A DNA stretch of 64,000 nt. Source: Nostoc sp. DedSLP01 (GTDB lineage: Bacteria > Cyanobacteriota > Cyanobacteriia > Cyanobacteriales > Nostocaceae). The stretch spans positions 160,001-224,000 of the forward strand of contig JAVRCJ020000005.1 in the NCBI GenBank assembly GCA_034530875.2, given 5' to 3'. Made by a program: the position numbers and the translations under genes. Shown piece by piece: positions 19,918-29,416 of this stretch. The first letter of the stretch is position 1, and each line of letters starts with the position of its first letter. The notes under the pieces are model-generated. The model saw only the letters and a list, made by a program, of their open reading frames with translations. It was not told the origin of the DNA and did not search any database.

Positions 19918-19931
19918 AGTACTAATGTTCT
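19918..19931. promoter_or_regulatory. Cyanobacterial LexA box AGTACTAATGTTCT
   Basis: Fits the RGTAC-N3-DGTWCB consensus, 31 bp upstream of lexA. Confidence 0.85.
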
Positions 19932-19962
19932 AGAGACATTTATAATTACTTCCCGAAAATTT

Positions 19963-20568
19963 ATGGAACGTCTAACAGAAGCTCAACAAGAACTTTACGA
20001 ATGGTTGGTAGAATATATCCGAACGCATCAGCATTCGCCTTCAATTAGGCAAATGATGCAAGCGATGAATTTGAAGTCACCGGCACCAATTCAAAGTCGT
20101 TTAGAACATTTACGTACAAAAGGATATATAGAATGGACTGGAGGCCAAGCAAGAACGATTAGAATTTTGCGTTCTGTTAAACAAGGCATACCAATTTTGG
20201 GGACGATCGCTGCTGGTGGTTTAATAGAACCATTTACTGATGCTGTAGATCATTTAGACTTTTCTAATTTCTCGTTACCTCCCCAAACCTACGCTTTGCG
20301 GGTAGCTGGCGATAGCATGATTGAAGATTTAATTGCTGATGGCGATGTGGTATTCTTGCGTCCAGTACCAGAACCAAATCAGTTGAAAAATGGTACTATC
20401 GTCGCCGCGAGAGTTGATGGATTCGGTACAACATTAAAACGTTTTTATCGTCAAGGCGATCGCGTTACTCTCAAACCAGCAAATTCTAAGTACAATCCCA
20501 TTGAAGTCAGCGCCATGCAAGTGCAGGTGCAGGGTTCTTTGATTGGTGTTTGGCGGGGTTACAACTGA
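19963..20568 (+). CDS. lexA: Transcriptional repressor LexA
   Basis: N-terminal winged HTH (SPSIRQM), AG cleavage site in GTIAAG, catalytic GDSM and TLKR. Confidence 0.96.
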   Translation: MERLTEAQQELYEWLVEYIRTHQHSPSIRQMMQAMNLKSPAPIQSRLEHLRTKGYIEWTGGQARTIRILRSVKQGIPILGTIAAGGLIEPFTDAVDHLDFSNFSLPPQTYALRVAGDSMIEDLIADGDVVFLRPVPEPNQLKNGTIVAARVDGFGTTLKRFYRQGDRVTLKPANSKYNPIEVSAMQVQVQGSLIGVWRGYN

Positions 20569-20572
20569 ATAA

Positions 20573-20660
20573 GTGGGGAGTGGGGAGTGGGGAATAGGGA
20601 ATTGGGGAGATAAGGGAGAATAATAACTCCTAACTCTTAACTCCTCACTTAGCACTCCCA
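20573..20660. repeat. Inverted heptamer repeat pair between lexA and helicase
   Basis: (GTGGGGA)n arm followed by (ACTCCTA)-like arm. Confidence 0.8.
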
Positions 20661-20696
20661 ATAATTAAGGTTCATCACCACTTTTGTGCTTAATAT

Positions 20697-22178
20697 ATGT
20701 ACTTGACGGCAAATCCAGTGCGGCAACTGCCCACTTTCCGCTTAAAACCACCATTTGCGAGGGAAAGTAAGGGCAGTTATCAAACATCGCAACCATTACC
20801 AGGATGTCCATTAAAGCCTGCATCTTTGCAATTGCGGCAATATCAGCGAGAAGCTATCGCCAGCTGGTTTGCTAATAATGGTAGAGGGACGCTCAAAATG
20901 GCTACTGGTAGTGGTAAGACTATTACGGCATTAGCGATCGCTTGTGAATTATATCAGCAGATTAATTTACAAGTGTTGTTGGTGGTGTGTCCTTATCGCC
21001 ATCTTGTCACCCAATGGGCAAGAGAATGTGAAAAATTTAATTTGCAACCGATTTTAGCTTTTGAGAATTTACGCACTTGGCAAAGTCAACTTTCAGGGCA
21101 AATTTATAATCTGCGTTCTGGTTCTCAACGGTTTGTTACTGTCATCACTACAAACTCGACTTTAATTGGAGATGGGTTTCAATCTCAACTCAAATATTTT
21201 CCCGCCAAAACTTTAATTATTGGCGATGAAGCACATAATTTAGGCGCACCGAAGTTAGAAGAAAGTTTGCCGCGCCGGGTGGGGTTAAGATTAGCTTTAT
21301 CTGCCACACCGGAGAGGTATTTTGATGATTTGGGTACGCAATCTTTATTTGATTATTTTGGCCCGGTTCTCCAGCCAGAGTTCGCTTTAAGGGATGCGAT
21401 CGCCTGCGGTGCTTTGGTACATTATCTGTATTATCCGGTGTTGGTGGAGTTAACCGAAGCAGAAAGTATTGCTTATTTAAGGTTAACTAAAAAAATTGGG
21501 CGATCGCTTTTATTTCGAGAACGAGAAAATGGACAAGCAGGAGATTTTGAAGACAATGAAGATTTAAAGCCTTTATTGATGCAAAGAGCAAGGTTAATTG
21601 GTGCAGCCGAAAATAAATTAAATGCTTTGCGCGATTTAATGGCAACTCGCCGCGAAACTACTCACACTCTTTTTTATTGTAGTGACGGTTCGCCAGAAAC
21701 AGGACAGCGTTCATCGCTACGCCAACTCAAAGCTGTTGCCAAAATTCTCGGAGTAGAAATAGGTTACAAAGTTAGCACCTATACGGCTCAAACTTCTTTA
21801 GAAGAAAGGGAAATATTACGCCGTCAATTTGAAAGTGGTGAATTGCAAGGTTTGGTAGCGATTCGTTGCTTAGATGAAGGTGTCGATATTCCGGCAATTA
21901 AAACTGCGGTGATTTTATCAAGTTCTGGTAATCCCCGCCAGTTTATCCAGCGACGGGGGCGAGTTTTACGCCCTCATCCAAGTAAAGAACGTGCAACTAT
22001 ATTCGACATGATTGTTTTGCCACCAGATTTAGATAGAGAAACAATAGAAGTTGAACGCAATTTATTAAGAAAGGAGTTACGCCGCTTTGTTGAATTTGCC
22101 GATTTGGCTGATAATGCTGGTGAAGCCAGAATGAAATTACTGGATTTACAAAAGCGATATGGTTTATTAGATATTTAA
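20697..22178 (+). CDS. Dnd-associated SF2 (DEAH/ResIII-like) helicase, PbeA-like
   Basis: LRQYQ Q-motif, MATGSGKT, DEAH, LSATP, LDEGVDIP, QFIQRRGRVLR; located in the dnd island. Confidence 0.85.
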   Translation: MYLTANPVRQLPTFRLKPPFARESKGSYQTSQPLPGCPLKPASLQLRQYQREAIASWFANNGRGTLKMATGSGKTITALAIACELYQQINLQVLLVVCPYRHLVTQWARECEKFNLQPILAFENLRTWQSQLSGQIYNLRSGSQRFVTVITTNSTLIGDGFQSQLKYFPAKTLIIGDEAHNLGAPKLEESLPRRVGLRLALSATPERYFDDLGTQSLFDYFGPVLQPEFALRDAIACGALVHYLYYPVLVELTEAESIAYLRLTKKIGRSLLFRERENGQAGDFEDNEDLKPLLMQRARLIGAAENKLNALRDLMATRRETTHTLFYCSDGSPETGQRSSLRQLKAVAKILGVEIGYKVSTYTAQTSLEEREILRRQFESGELQGLVAIRCLDEGVDIPAIKTAVILSSSGNPRQFIQRRGRVLRPHPSKERATIFDMIVLPPDLDRETIEVERNLLRKELRRFVEFADLADNAGEARMKLLDLQKRYGLLDI

Positions 22179-22507
22179 TAATGAATCAGATTGTATTTGT
22201 ATTTTTTTGTAAAAATTTTTCTGGGTTTGTAGAAACAAGCATTAAGTATGAAATAATGAAAATATGAATTAAATTATAATGGGATATAAGCAAAATTTTT
22301 AGAGCAGCTTACATCCCATTATAATATGGTTTATTAAGACTAATTTTATCAGAAAAATATTAAAGGATAAAGCATTTTTTCAAAAAAATTCAGATTTAAA
22401 TATTATAGTTTTTCAAAATTTAAAGATAATGCTAACCGTAGCTTTACAGTGACAAATGCACCAGTAGAGAGGGTTAAAATATAGAAAAAATTATTTTAGA
22501 ATCAAAG

Positions 22508-22681
22508 ATGCCACAAGAGGCGAATATCGATGATGTGCAGGAGCCAATAACCAACGCTCCACCAGAAGTACGACAAATTATTGAGCGAGTGTGGAAGCTG
22601 GAAAAAAGTAGGCTCGATCGCAAAAGTAAAGGGCATATTAACGATGATATTCTAGATATTATCAAGGAAGCAGTGCAATGA
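22508..22681 (+). CDS. Small 57-aa protein coupled to the ATPase (not in the ORF track)
   Basis: MPQEANIDDVQEPITNAPPEVRQIIERVWKLEKSRLDRKSKGHINDDILDIIKEAVQ; TGA overlaps the ATPase ATG (ATGA). Confidence 0.75.
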   Translation: MPQEANIDDVQEPITNAPPEVRQIIERVWKLEKSRLDRKSKGHINDDILDIIKEAVQ

Positions 22682-24750
22682 AGCTGACTTCAATTAAGCT
22701 GTGCAATTTTCGCTCGTTTTATGGTACAACGCCAGAGATGAATCTCGCTGGAGGAGAAATTCACAACACGACGATTATTCATGGTAATAACGGTGCTGGT
22801 AAAACGAGTTTGTTGAATGCATTTACGTGGGTATTATATGAGAAATTTAGTGCGGCGTTTGCATCGACAGAACAGTTAGTAAATAAAAGAGCGATCGCCG
22901 AAGCCCAAAGAGGGCAAACTATAGAATGTTGGGTAGAAGTTGGTTGGGAACATGATGTCACCCGCTATCGAGTTAAACGTTCTTGTCGGGTTTACAAAAA
23001 CGCCAGCGAAATGGAAGCAGGTAAAACTCAATTAACCATGTGGGTGAGTGGTGACGATGGCAAATGGAATTTACCGACTCAGCCACCAGAAGATATTATT
23101 AATCAGATTTTACCTGCTAGTTTACATCAATATTTTTTCTTTGACGGCGAACGAATTGAAGAGATAGTCCGTTCTGATAAAAAAGCCGAAATCGCCGAAG
23201 CAACAAAGATTTTTTTAGGCGTGGAAATCATCGAACGTTCAATTACACATTTGAAAGGAGCTAAAAAAAGTTTAGAAACTGAATTAACAGCTATTGGGGA
23301 TGCAGAAACTAAACAACTTTTACGACAACAAGAAAAAATAGAACGTGAAATTGATAGTATCACCAAACGCCAAAGTGAAATTCAGCAAGAATTAGAATAT
23401 CAACAAACCTTCAAAAAAGAGACAAGCAACCGTTTACGAGAACTCAGTGCTGCTAAAGAACTGCAAGAAAGACGGCAGAGTTTAGAATCACAAAAAGAAG
23501 CAAACCGAGAAGAACTCAGAAAAACTAGAGACGCGCTGAAAAAAGTAATTTCAGCGCGGGGTTATACAGTATTGCTATCAGATACTACAAGCCAATTTCG
23601 CAAAATATTTGATGATTTTAAGCAACGCGGCGAGTTAACCTCAGGAATTTCGCGGGAATTTATCAATGAATTACTGAAATCTAAACGTTGTATTTGTGGT
23701 GCAGATTTAAAGGCAGGGACTCATCATCATAGTAATGTACAAGTCTGGCTAGAAAGAGCAGGTTCATCGACAGTAGAAGAAACTGCAATTCGTATGAGCG
23801 CCCAAGTAGATGAAATTGATAAGCAAGCAATAGCATTTTGGGAAGAAGTTGATAGAGAACAACTGAGAATCGAACAGTTAAGACAGACGATATCTCAAAT
23901 TGAAAGCGAATTAGATAGTATTCAAGAACGATTACGCAAAGATGCTAACGAAGAAATTAGCAGTTTACAAAAACGCCTAGACGAAATTGAAAACAAAATT
24001 GATGAATTAAATCGAGAACAAGGTGCAAATCAGCAGCGAATTGCTCATTTAAAAACAGAAATTGATGTTTTGGTTAAACAAATTGCTAAGCAGAAATTGA
24101 ATGAAGCGAAACAAGTTTTGGCGCAACGGCGTATCAATGCCACCCAAGATGCAATTGAACGGTTAACGGAAGTCAAAAATCGTCAAGAAAAACAATTTCG
24201 TCTGCAACTTGAAAAGCGAGTGCAAGAGATATTCACAGAGATTTCTGTTGCACCATATATCCCAAAAATCAGCGATAAGTATGAATTGACGCTGATAGAA
24301 AATACAGCAGGTATCGAAGCGCCAGTTGCAGCTTCCACAGGAGAAAATCAAATTCTTAGTTTGTCCTTTATTGCCAGTATCATCGATAGAGTGCGGGAGT
24401 GGAGCGAGAAGCGAAAAATGATGATGCTTCCCGATAGCAGTACTTTCCCAATTGTCATGGATTCGCCATTTGGAAGTTTAGATGAAATTTCACGGCGACA
24501 CATTGCTAAGACAATTCCTAAATTAGCCAATCAATTAATAGTGTTAGTCACTAAGACTCAATGGCGTGGTGAAGTAGAAGAAGAAATCACAGACAGAATT
24601 GGTAGAGAATACGTGCTGACTTATTATTCATCAAAGCCACATTGCGAGCAAGATTATATTGAATTGGGTGGTGAAAGATATCCTTTAGTGCGGCAAAGTC
24701 CTAATGAATTTGAGTATACCGAGATTATTGAAGTGGAACGCGATCGCTAA
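22678..24750 (+). CDS. SMC/Rad50-like coiled-coil ABC ATPase with CxC motif (DndD paralog, PbeC-like)
   Basis: NFRSF, GNNGAGKTS, FFFDGE, central CICG, signature STGE, Walker B VMDSPFGSLD. Confidence 0.88.
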   Translation: MKLTSIKLCNFRSFYGTTPEMNLAGGEIHNTTIIHGNNGAGKTSLLNAFTWVLYEKFSAAFASTEQLVNKRAIAEAQRGQTIECWVEVGWEHDVTRYRVKRSCRVYKNASEMEAGKTQLTMWVSGDDGKWNLPTQPPEDIINQILPASLHQYFFFDGERIEEIVRSDKKAEIAEATKIFLGVEIIERSITHLKGAKKSLETELTAIGDAETKQLLRQQEKIEREIDSITKRQSEIQQELEYQQTFKKETSNRLRELSAAKELQERRQSLESQKEANREELRKTRDALKKVISARGYTVLLSDTTSQFRKIFDDFKQRGELTSGISREFINELLKSKRCICGADLKAGTHHHSNVQVWLERAGSSTVEETAIRMSAQVDEIDKQAIAFWEEVDREQLRIEQLRQTISQIESELDSIQERLRKDANEEISSLQKRLDEIENKIDELNREQGANQQRIAHLKTEIDVLVKQIAKQKLNEAKQVLAQRRINATQDAIERLTEVKNRQEKQFRLQLEKRVQEIFTEISVAPYIPKISDKYELTLIENTAGIEAPVAASTGENQILSLSFIASIIDRVREWSEKRKMMMLPDSSTFPIVMDSPFGSLDEISRRHIAKTIPKLANQLIVLVTKTQWRGEVEEEITDRIGREYVLTYYSSKPHCEQDYIELGGERYPLVRQSPNEFEYTEIIEVERDR

Positions 24751-24812
24751 ATTAATTGCATACAATTATATTTAATATTATTTGTCGCTTTGTGTGGGCG
24801 ATCGCCATCATC

Positions 24813-25421
24813 ATGAGCAGAGCCAAAATTCTCGATCCATCCGAGATTTATACCTTCGCCAGCTATGCCGAATTAGCCTACGATAGTGCCGATATTCTAG
24901 CTGAATTTGGTGTTACTCTCAACAATAGTTCACTCCAACTTCCACAACAGTTACCAATAGATCCCGAACCACTGAGAACAGAACTACAAGAAAATCTCAC
25001 TTTGGTAGATCCTGTTTCCGAAATAGCTAGACGCGAAGCACTAATCTTTCCGATTCTCAAAACAGTTTGCAAGTTCATTCAAGTACCACTCAAAATTGAA
25101 TATCCCGTGCGAGTTAGCAATTGGCTCAAAGGCAGTTTTGATTATTTCATTCCTACACCACAAAACTTATTAGTAATTGAAGCTAAAAATGCGGACTTAG
25201 CAAGAGGTTTTACCCAGTTAGCAGTAGAATTAATTGCGCTCGATCGATGGACTGAATCAACAGTTCCCATGCTTTATGGTACTGTGACAACAGGAGATAC
25301 CTGGAAATTTGGAATTTTTCACCGCCAAGAAAAAATAATTGACAAAGATATTAATACATACGCCGTTCCTAGCGATTTGAATTTGGTGCTTTCTGCTCTG
25401 TTTGGTATTAGTTTGAGCTAG
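24813..25421 (+). CDS. Putative PD-(D/E)XK nuclease-fold protein
   Basis: E-x11-D-x11-EAK pattern (IEY...FDY...VIEAK), Q-helix, YGTVTTGDTWKF similar to HsdR N-terminal-like domains. Confidence 0.6.
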   Translation: MSRAKILDPSEIYTFASYAELAYDSADILAEFGVTLNNSSLQLPQQLPIDPEPLRTELQENLTLVDPVSEIARREALIFPILKTVCKFIQVPLKIEYPVRVSNWLKGSFDYFIPTPQNLLVIEAKNADLARGFTQLAVELIALDRWTESTVPMLYGTVTTGDTWKFGIFHRQEKIIDKDINTYAVPSDLNLVLSALFGISLS

Positions 25422-25532
25422 GTGAGGTGTTTTAAGAGAAGATGTTGCATTTAACTAAAAAATTAGAATAACAGTTGACTAAAAGTGAGAAAATAGAAGC
25501 ATAAATTAGCTGGAATTTTCAGGATTTAGATT

Positions 25533-25874
25533 ATGGGAATTAAGGAATTATTACTACCATTTCGGGAAGAGATATTAAAAATTGCCGCTAAATATGGCGC
25601 ATATAACGTGCGGGTGTTTGGTTCAGTTGCTAGAGGAGAAGCAAGATCTGATAGTGATGTAGATTTTTTGGTAGAACTTGAACCGGGACGTAATTTGTTA
25701 GACCGTATTGCTTTAATGCAAGATTTGGAGGAGTTGCTAAACCGTAAAGTTGATGTAGCCAAGCCTAATAATTTACATGAATTAATTAGGGAAAAAGTGT
25801 TAAGTGAAGCTGTAACACTACGAGAGAATAAAAGCGTTATTTACTGGATATTGCAGAATGTATTGAGAGGATAG
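25533..25874 (+). CDS. MNT nucleotidyltransferase antitoxin (C-terminally extended by stop loss)
   Basis: FGSVARGE...DSDVD motif; expected end EAVTL is followed by CGA rather than TGA. Confidence 0.88.
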   Translation: MGIKELLLPFREEILKIAAKYGAYNVRVFGSVARGEARSDSDVDFLVELEPGRNLLDRIALMQDLEELLNRKVDVAKPNNLHELIREKVLSEAVTLRENKSVIYWILQNVLRG

Positions 25875-26158
25875 AAGAATACACCCGTGATGGTAGAGAG
25901 GCTTTTATCCAAACAAAGATGATTCAGGATGCTGTGGTCAGAAATTTTGAGATTATTGGTGAAGCAACTAAAAGAATATCTCAGGATTTAAGGCAAACTT
26001 ATCCTGATGTGCAATGGAAACGTATAGCTGGATTTAGAGATGTGCTAATTCACGACTATCTACGAGTTGATTATGATGATGTTTGGGGAATTATTGAGCG
26101 TGATTTACCAGCTTTGAAAGCAAATATTCAGATGATTTTAAAAGATTTAGGTATGTAG
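25820..26158 (+). pseudogene. HEPN (DUF86) RNase toxin with damaged 5' end
   Basis: Frame reads ACG AGA GAA TAA then [18 protein letters not shown]...[16 protein letters not shown]...FRDVLIHDY; start lost and in-frame stop at 25829. Confidence 0.75.
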
Positions 26159-26226
26159 CGCAAAAAGCTTGTAGGCATCGCTTATAGCTTTCGGTTAATA
26201 TAGCTACACAGTAGATATTAAAGTCA

Positions 26227-26697
26227 ATGGCTGCAAATAGAATCAAGGTTGCTAAAGATAAAGCTGAGTTAGTGAAATCCTTAGTCGCATCAAAAGACAC
26301 AACAGGGCCTTTTCAAACTTATGTAGAAGTGATGGTATTTGCTGCTGCTTTAGGCGTTAGATATAAAAAGCGTATACCTTTAGGCGAAACTACAAAAAGA
26401 GAACCTTCTCCCATTCCACAAGAAAACTTTGTCTCGTTGGGACATGAGCTAATAATTAAATTATTGGGAATTAATGAAACACAAGATATAGAAATTATTT
26501 CTTCGCAACAAGAAGAATATGAAGATAAACGCACCCAAATTTTTGAAGAATACGCCAATGGAGGTCTAGAAATTTTACAAACCGAATTACGCGGAGCCGT
26601 AGATTATTCAGAGCGTATTCTTTTATTCTTAATTGCAGAAAAAGATAATAAAGAATCGATAGATGAAGAATTTGACCTGAGCAGATTTTTAAGTTAA
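26227..26697 (+). CDS. DNA phosphorothioation-associated protein 4 (PbeD-like)
   Basis: NRIKVAKDKAELVK...FAAALG...IFEEYANGGLEIL recognised family motifs; dnd context. Confidence 0.8.
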   Translation: MAANRIKVAKDKAELVKSLVASKDTTGPFQTYVEVMVFAAALGVRYKKRIPLGETTKREPSPIPQENFVSLGHELIIKLLGINETQDIEIISSQQEEYEDKRTQIFEEYANGGLEILQTELRGAVDYSERILLFLIAEKDNKESIDEEFDLSRFLS

Positions 26698-26721
26698 TTT
26701 TTAAGACTCATTTAAAGAATT

Positions 26722-27663
26722 ATGAAAACATTAGATTATTACTATAAATCTTTTTCTCAATTAAATGTAAGTAGTAGCAGTAAGCGTGGTAATGCTCACT
26801 ATAAACCAATATTGGTTTTAACTGTAATTGATTTGATAACACGAGGACTTATTAATGATAATCAAATTCCAGTCTCAGAAGAATTAATTGATACATTTGA
26901 GAGATACTGGAGTATTTTAGGCTCTAAATCTTATAAAGGTGGTTTGCATTATCCATTCTTACATCTACAAAGTGATAGTTTTTGGCACTTAATATTTAAA
27001 CCAGAGTTTAAGGGACTACAGCCAAAAACCACTAACAAGTTGAAAGAAGCTGTTGAATATGCTTATCTTGATGATGAACTATTTAATTTTTTACAAGATG
27101 AATCTTCCAGACAAGAATTAATTGATTCACTCGTAACAACTTTTTTTCAGGAACAGCAAGACGAATTTGAAGAGATTTTGCAAATTAACCGATCTTTTCA
27201 AGAAGATGACTTAGCTACAGAGAAATTAGCTGCCTCGACTAACTTAGATAATAATCCAAGGTGGGGTATTAGAAAGGCAGTGATTAGAAATGCTTTTTTT
27301 AGAAAAACTATCGTTCGTGTATATGATTCCAAATGTGCTTTTTGTGGCATTAGAGTAACTAAAGGTGCAAATCAAAATATTGTAGATGGCGCACACATCA
27401 AGCCTTTTGCACAATTCTATGACAGCAGAATCAATAATGGTATTGCTATTTGCAAAAATCACCATTGGGCTTTTGACCGTGGTTGGTTTACTGCTGATGA
27501 GCAGTATAAAATTATTGTTAGTAAAGAATTAGAAGAAATATCTCCTTACACTAAACGTATGAAAGATTTTCATGGCGAAAGCTTACTGTTGCCAAATAAA
27601 GAGCAATACTTTCCAGAAGTAGAAGCACTGAAATGGCATCGGCAAAATATATTTCAAAGGTAA
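26722..27663 (+). CDS. HNH endonuclease with putative N-terminal sulfur-binding (SBD-like) domain
   Basis: C-terminal CAFC...AHIKPF...NGIAICKNHHWAFD (HNH_2); N-terminal YKPILVL...YPFLHL...FWHL resembles SBD. Confidence 0.8.
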   Translation: MKTLDYYYKSFSQLNVSSSSKRGNAHYKPILVLTVIDLITRGLINDNQIPVSEELIDTFERYWSILGSKSYKGGLHYPFLHLQSDSFWHLIFKPEFKGLQPKTTNKLKEAVEYAYLDDELFNFLQDESSRQELIDSLVTTFFQEQQDEFEEILQINRSFQEDDLATEKLAASTNLDNNPRWGIRKAVIRNAFFRKTIVRVYDSKCAFCGIRVTKGANQNIVDGAHIKPFAQFYDSRINNGIAICKNHHWAFDRGWFTADEQYKIIVSKELEEISPYTKRMKDFHGESLLLPNKEQYFPEVEALKWHRQNIFQR

Positions 27664-29262
27664 TTACAACACAGGTGGAAGTCCTACTTCTTTTAGTTCC
27701 ACGAATTCACCATCAAAACCAATTGTTTTATTTTCCACAGTCCTAGCATTAGCCAAAGCCTTACGCAGTTCAGCACGTTCCATTGAATCTTCAATTCCGC
27801 CAAGGATGTAAATTAATAACTTTGTTGCTAATTCTTTTCCCGAAACCTGCACTCGCTTTTTATTAGCGTCATACAAAACCCCATACCAAAGAGACTGAGG
27901 ATATTCCATACCAGCAAAACCGCCTTGCTGGTCAAACTTTCGCAACTTCTTAAAAATACTGGTTATAGAAAAACCTTTTTTAAATACTAAAAATCCTAAA
28001 GCTTGTGCTAAAGCAACTTGCGCTACAGGACGGAAAAGTATATTTGCTTCGCCTCCACCTTTCTCAAAACTAAATCTTCGCAAAACAGGCGTATCTTCAT
28101 GTTCTAAAATTTTATAACTAGGCAAATTAGCCAAATTATCAAAAAGCTTTTTAAATTCCTCAATTCCTTGCTCAATTTCTTCATTTTCTGGACGCATGGG
28201 AATTAAACCTTTTTCCACTGGTTTCCAGTGTGGGAATTTTTGACCTAAATATCGCTCAGACATATCTTGTAGTGCTTGCAGTGTCGTCAAAACTGTAGAG
28301 TTTGCTGCTACAGTTGCACTATTCCAATTAACACGCGGGTTACGATTTAAACGTTGTTCTAAAAGTGGATGAGTCACTGCAATTTTTCTAGCCACAATAG
28401 AAAAACCATCATCTTCATTTAACTGTGCTAACTGGCCTTTAGTTAAAGGCGCAGCCATAAGGTTGACATGGACAAAAATCGACCTCACCCTTCTTCTAGC
28501 TTGGTTGCGAGTCTCTCCAGAATTTACTGCACAAATGAACTCAATACCAATTTTTTCTTTAGGTAAGCTTTGTAAATAAGCAGGATCTACTTGATACTGG
28601 TTTATCAAATCTGACACCGTAATAAAACTATCATCAGCAGTTTTATCTTTTTTATATCGCTGGAGTTTGCCAGTTTTTATTAACTCCATCAAACCCTGAA
28701 CTCCCATCAGCCGATGTTGACCATCTAGGGCATAAATGGTTACATTTTCTTCAGAAACATTGAGTAAGCCGACCTTACCATCTTTATCTAGAGGTGTAAA
28801 ATCTGTAGTAGATTTTGTGGCGCGTTCTTCACTGTCCCACTCAGATGCTTTAGGGTTATCCACCCAAGGTTGATTAATTACTACTAGCACTGCTGGAAAC
28901 TTATGATTTTTTCTAGCAGCTAAATACTGAACTAAGGGCGCTTGACGCGACCAGTCAACGGGACGTTGTTGAATTTCATCAATACTATCCGCATCAATTT
29001 CGATGTTATCTGTTTCTGGATTGTATTTTTTTTGTAGCAAAGGTAAACCAGAAGCAAAATGAACTCGGCCTGCGAACCATTCTAGGGTGACAGAACCAAC
29101 ATAAGCTTCACTTCCACCCATCTCAGTTTTTTGAACGAGAATTTGGTCTTTCTTTTCTAAAAATTTCTCTAGAAGTAAAGCTAGTACCTCTTTTTCCTTG
29201 TTTTCTCTCTCTAGGTACTCTCTAGCAATATCAGCAGTTAAGTCAGATGCAATGTCTCTCAT
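27664..29262 (-). CDS. DGQHR-domain (DndB-like) protein
   Basis: QRPVD, ALDGQHRL and FVHVN motifs; divergent from dndC. Confidence 0.88.
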   Translation of the reverse strand: MRDIASDLTADIAREYLERENKEKEVLALLLEKFLEKKDQILVQKTEMGGSEAYVGSVTLEWFAGRVHFASGLPLLQKKYNPETDNIEIDADSIDEIQQRPVDWSRQAPLVQYLAARKNHKFPAVLVVINQPWVDNPKASEWDSEERATKSTTDFTPLDKDGKVGLLNVSEENVTIYALDGQHRLMGVQGLMELIKTGKLQRYKKDKTADDSFITVSDLINQYQVDPAYLQSLPKEKIGIEFICAVNSGETRNQARRRVRSIFVHVNLMAAPLTKGQLAQLNEDDGFSIVARKIAVTHPLLEQRLNRNPRVNWNSATVAANSTVLTTLQALQDMSERYLGQKFPHWKPVEKGLIPMRPENEEIEQGIEEFKKLFDNLANLPSYKILEHEDTPVLRRFSFEKGGGEANILFRPVAQVALAQALGFLVFKKGFSITSIFKKLRKFDQQGGFAGMEYPQSLWYGVLYDANKKRVQVSGKELATKLLIYILGGIEDSMERAELRKALANARTVENKTIGFDGEFVELKEVGLPPVL

Positions 29263-29416
29263 ATTAATTTTTAAAAACTTAGTCTTGTGAGGTAGCTATA
29301 TTGCCCAAAAAGTTAGATACTAATACTTTAGTTTTTAAAAACTTTTTGGGAACCCGCGCATTCCATACGCTGAGGTAAAAAAGCGGTAACGCCCAAATGT
29401 CCAGAGGTAGGAAGCA

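Noticed and set aside
20676..20705. Second LexA box before the helicase
   Set aside because: Only half-site matches
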